Assembly (NCBI RefSeq): GCF_009914755.1
Contig: NC_060926.1
Direction: 5' to 3' (one strand)
From: the human T2T-CHM13v2.0 reference genome, Homo sapiens
Length of the DNA stretch: 64,000 nt
How positions within the stretch are numbered: position 1 is the first letter of the stretch; every line of letters starts with the position of its first letter. This document shows, in pieces, positions 59,080 to 64,000 of this stretch. Below the pieces are notes generated by a model, which was not told where the DNA came from, ran no database searches, and saw only the letters and a program-made list of their open reading frames with translations. Position numbers and translations under genes: made by a program.

Positions 59080-61831
59080 TGAAGGAGTGTCTTTTCCTTC
59101 ATGCAAGGTGGTTTAGAAACCCTATGGTTTCTATCCTCTTTCATCTCTTGGAGGAGCCACTTAATTTGTCATCAAAAGTGGGACAGTTTGTGAGTGCTAT
59201 TAACATTTACACCAGGACAATGATGCATGAAAGGCCCTCAATTGCATTTTAGACTTCACCACTATTGCAACAAACTGGTTGAAGTAGACCTTCAAAAAGT
59301 CTACAGACATCAGGTACAGTTCGGCTGAGTGATCAAAATTTTGGCCTGGTTTTAAATTTGGGTTTAAATTGCTGAGAAAGGACTTGGCCAGGGACTTGGG
59401 AAGTCAGTGTACCCTACCTTCCAGGCTATTAGAACTTTTGGCTGAACAACGATCATTTGCTGTCCTTAATACTACAGCCAAGAGGAGACTGGTTGGCAAG
59501 TGTGGACAGGGAAGCTCTATTTCCCAGATAGTCATGCCCATCACAGCACAGGGGCCCACTGCTTACAAACCCTCTGTCTGTCTTTCACTTGGAACTTGTG
59601 CCTCACACTTGGAGGAACAGCGGGGACTTCTGGGGAACCTCCAACCTGCTGGGCCCTTGAGCAGCTGAAGGAGGTCCTCTACTCAGTGGAATTGAGGCAG
59701 TGAGCAGGACAGGCCTTCTGCCTTGGTGGGTGAGGCCGAATTAAGCTACTTCTTGCAGCCCCATGCAACCAAGTCATGATATGCTCCCCAGTGACATACT
59801 CAATTTAGCCAGCGGAAATGGAAACTCTGTGCTCATTCTTGTGAATTAAAAAGTGATGAGCAGTCTCCTTTCTTAGTCATATCCCTTTACCTCTGTCCTA
59901 GAAATCTGAGACTTATGACAAGGAAAATGCTGTCACTCAGTCTGCAAAGGCAGCCTAAGACAAATTTTAAAGACTGCAAGTTCTGACTCAGCAACTTTTT
60001 TTCCCAAGGGCATTGAATCTTTTAAACGTTATCCCTTATAGACTGAATATTTTGGTTTATTGGAACAAAAGTGAACTTCTGGAATATTCCATACAATCTG
60101 TTTTCTAAAACAGGTTCAATCCAAGGAGGAAAATTAAAAACAAATGTCTGATGGCCCGAGGTGAGCCATTAGTTAGGACAAACAAACATCTTGCAAAAAT
60201 GACAGATGGGAACAGGAGGAGTGTTTCTCCTCCATCTGAGTTGACTCTCCCTGAATGGATATTCAAAGAAATTGACAGGAATCCTGTCTTAAGACAAGCC
60301 CACTGGGCTCTATGTCAGAAATTTCACCAATCACTTCCCAAGCTTCCCACTCCATTGCTGAAGCCTGGGCCACAGCATTTACAGTTAAGAATGTTATAAA
60401 AATCAAACCAAGCAGTTCCTGCCAACCCCCAGGAGGAAAGTTGCAGAGAATGAATAATTCTGCAAAGATCCTGGGCATCTGTGTGCATTAACCATAAAGG
60501 CGATTAAAGTTGGAGCAGCAAGGAAAGGGTGTACAAGACTTTGCCCCATAGAAAATGCTGGCTCTCTCCCCTTCGGCCTGTTTGGGAGGTGCCACAACGT
60601 GGGTCCCCACCCACTGTCTCAGCCTGGGGGACTGCCTTCTCTCTCTTTTGATCACCAGAAAGGAACAAGCAAATTCCTTCTCAGCTATTTCACCAGGACT
60701 GCAGCTGTCATTGCCTCAGGCTATTATAACATCCGTACAGCACCCCAGGAGGCTGAGATGAGGCTTGCAGCCAGCAAACAGTGTCAGAGAAGAAGGAGCC
60801 CTGTCGCCTGTGCCAATCTGACCCGGATGCAGGTGAAGCTAGGGTATTGATCTGCTTCTGGCCTCAGGTAGGAGCACCAGTGACATTCAGGGACCTCTTT
60901 TCTGCTCTGCCTCTCATTTTGCACCCCTCCTCCCCCACCAGTGATCAACATTCTAAGTATTGCCATCTTTCAGGAGGCAGCCCACACTGACCTTTGGCAT
61001 CAGCGTATCTTCATGACGTCATGCCTGTTACCTAAGCAACCTGAACCTCAGTTTTCTCATCTGACAAATGAAAATGATCCTTTCTTGTTGCAAGAATAAA
61101 ATCACTCAGGTTATATCACAAGAGGCAAGAAAACTCTTGAAAATAAGGATGGCATGGCCTTGACATCAGGCCATTTTGCCAAGAGAACAAATCACGTTAG
61201 GCTCTGAGCAATGGTCCTAGGGTCCTAGGAGCCCAATGGCTGAACTACCAGCCAAGAGGTCTGGAGAATGTCTTCTCACGAGGGGATGTCTACTCATCCT
61301 GACCCTGTTGCTCTATCATCAACATGACTCAGCTAATTCCTCTCTCTCTCTCTGTGTGTGTCTGTGTGTGTATGTGTGTGTGTGTGTGTCTGTCTGTCCT
61401 TCTCCATCTGCTCCCAGTTTCAGTTTGCAATCTTGATAAAAACCACTCTAATTGGAGTGAACAATCGCCACTGCTTCTGTTTGGCAGAGCTTTTTTGTGT
61501 GAAGCTACATAATAGGGTGTCAGCCAGCCTATAGGTTATCTGTTCTTGAACCATGTACCTGTCTCTGGTCTAATCAGACTGTAAGGGTCAGGGTCACAAA
61601 CATAACAGAATGATTGCCTAGGCACAGGCGGTATTTCCTGCCACTCCCTCGGCAAGGAAGCAGGCATGTGGGCTGTGCTTCCCAAAGTTGTCCAGTCATG
61701 AGAATTACTGGGGCTCTGTGACACAAATGACCAGGTTCCTGCCCTGGCTAGGATTCTAGCCAGGTCTGGGGTGGTCAGAAAAGTCTTAATGTCCAGCAAA
61801 TACCCTTCAGAGATTCTTAGCATCCCCCACA

Positions 61832-62340
61832 CAGGGCTGGCTTCATAGATATGAGACTGGGGTCATTGCTCAGGGTCCCACCCAGAAGAGCCCCTGCTTG
61901 CCGTTTGACACTCTGGGATCACTGTCTTAAACTTCTAGATCATTTTCTCTCTGAATTAGTGTTTTGTGAGTAAAGTCTGATGGGACAATGGAGTGCGGTT
62001 CAGGGTCCTGGGCCTGCTCGCTTCCGGTGTCACCATTTCTCTTCTCATGAGGGATGGGTTCCGGGCTCCCAGCTCACTGCCCCTTGGTATCCTCGGCCCT
62101 GTCCATTTCCCTTCCCTGCCCTGAAGCCCTATATTCCCTTCCCTGGAACAGGAGTGGTGTGCCTCAGTGGGAGAGGACTTTGTTCTGTTGTCACTCTCCA
62201 CCCCTGGAGGGGGCCTAGGCGTGGACATAGGGAGGGACTCAGGGTCATCTCTCTTCCAGACCAGAAGCACCACATTGCAGTAGGAAGGTGACTTGGAGGA
62301 CACTTCTCATCCACCATGATCCAGGATCCAGGTACCAAGT
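61832..62340 (+). mobile_element. hAT-Tip100 element 5' end (MER115/Zaphod/MER91-like)
   Basis: 'cagggctggcttcat...gtgttttgtgagtaaagtctgatgggacaatggag'. Confidence 0.65.
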
Positions 62341-62349
62341 GCACCCCAG

Positions 62350-63405
62350 CACATCTCCAGAAAATTTTCATCCTGCAAAAAGGAAACTTTATACCCACTG
62401 AGCGACAATTTCCTTTTCTCCTTTCCCCACAGCCCCTGACAACCACCTTTCTGCTTTCCGTATCTATATACTTGACTACTACTACTTTATTTATTTATGT
62501 ATTGTTTTGGGGGTTTTCTGAGACAGAGTCTCACTCTGTTTCCCCAACTGGAGCGCAGCGATGCGATCATAGCTCACTGTGGCCTCTACTGCCCAGGCTC
62601 AAGTGATCCTCCTAGCTCAACTTCCTGAGTAGCTGGGACTACAGGCACATGCCACCATGCCTGGCTAATATTTTTTTTTTCCATTTTTTATAGAGGCAGG
62701 GATCTCACTTTGTTGCTCAAGCTGGTCTCAGACTCCTGGGCTTAAGCAATCCTCCTGTCTCGGCCTCCCAAAGTGCTGGGATAACAGGCAGGCGCCATGC
62801 GCCCTGCCTTGGCTACTTTAGATAGCGCATGTAAGTGGAATCATACAGTGTGTGTCTTTTTGTGGCTGGCTCATTTCACTCAGCTTAGTGTCCTCAAGGT
62901 CTATCCATGTGGCAGCATGTCACAAGATTTCCCTCCTTTTTAGGCTGCAGAGTATTCCGTTGTGTGTACTTAAGACATCTTGCTCAGCCATTCATCTGCT
63001 GATGGGCCCTTGGACTGCTGCTAAAGTCTGACTATTATAAATAATGCTGCTGTGAACATAGGTGTACAAACATCTCTCTCAGACTCTGCTTCCAATGCTT
63101 TCAGACGTATACCCAGAAGTGGGATTGCTGCATTTGGTGGATCCATGCTGAATTTTTTAGGAACCTCCATATTATTTTCCATGGTGGTGGCACATTGTAC
63201 TGTCCCACCAAGAGTGCACAAAGATTCAAATTTATCCACATCTTTGCCAACACTTGTTATTTTCAGGTTTTTGTTTTGTTTTATTATAGCCATCCTAGTG
63301 GGTGGGGTAGTGTCTCATTGAGGTTTTGATTTGCATTTCTCTGATGATGAGTGGCACTGAGCATCTTTTCATGTGCTTATTGGCCTTCTGTATATCCTCT
63401 TTGGA
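62350..63405 (-). mobile_element. L1MB-like 3' end with nested AluJ (~62485-62808)
   Basis: 'catctccagaaaattttcatcctgcaaaa...aataatgctgctgtgaacataggtgtacaaa...tttgatttgcatttctctgatgat'; ORF2-end peptide '[16 protein letters not shown]'. Confidence 0.88.
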
Positions 63406-64000
63406 CAGCCACGGTTTTAAATATAGAAACTTGGCATAAAAAAGACAAACCCTCACCTTTCCAGGGCACACATCAATAGGTGTCAGAAGATGATCAATAC
63501 CCCACAAAACAACAGGGTTGGCGGGACGATTTTATGCCCAAGGCCAAGAAACACTCCTCTAAGGAGTAGGTGTCCATGGGGAGGCCCGGAGGTGGTGAGA
63601 GGGAGCTGTGTGGATTGAGAATTTGGGAGGAGCTGTTCAGGCAGAGGCCAGCCCAAGTGCTAAGGCCCTGAAGGAGGAGCTGATCTGTGTGTCTGAGGAC
63701 CGAGGACGACAAGGACTGGGGAGGAGGTCAGGAGGCAGAGGGGTAGGGACCGTCTCATGGGCTCTTAGGTTCTATGGAAGACTTTGGCTCTAACTGAGCT
63801 ACAGGGGGATGTAGAAAGAGCTTATCACAATGCCTAGTAGAAAAAGGTGCTGAACGAATATTAGTGATTATTATTAATGTTGGCCCATTTAACTCATTTA
63901 AGAGAAAATGTCTCGGCTGCTTTAGTTTTACAGACAATTTAAGGAAGGAGTCTGAGAAGAAAACATAAAAACCCCCTATCCTTCTGGGAGCTGGGGTTGA

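Noticed and set aside
58021-59106. Poly-His, Asp-Gly and Met-Val ORFs up to 257 aa
   Set aside because: Artefacts of a stop-poor trinucleotide repeat, open in several frames on both strands.

Overview
Primate (very likely human) non-coding DNA, dense in repeats. It holds about 17 Alus, old L1M and young L1PA fragments, MaLR/ERVL/ERV1 solo LTRs, Tigger/hAT DNA-transposon relics, MIR/L2 and several micro- and minisatellites. I found no intact protein-coding exon, RNA gene or CRISPR array; the ORF track reflects repeats and chance frames. The one gene-derived feature is a near full-length processed CEP19 pseudogene (minus strand, ~34147-36666). It has a poly(A) remnant and a TSD, sits inside an L1M 3' end, and later received a THE1 LTR and an AluJ. 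The most unusual unexplained structures are: (1) a ~290-bp long inverted repeat (3111-3394 / 4644-4939) with a third internal arm forming a fold-back; (2) a ~350-bp CpG-rich CTCF/YY1-motif segment bracketed by 12-bp direct repeats, next to a 26-bp minisatellite; (3) a hairpin inside an MLT1A LTR; (4) a ~435-bp polypyrimidine Alu tail and a ~1-kb (GAT/GGT)n array with higher-order structure. Repeat subfamily names come from recalled consensus sequences and need RepeatMasker/Dfam confirmation. I see no evidence of a new coding system.
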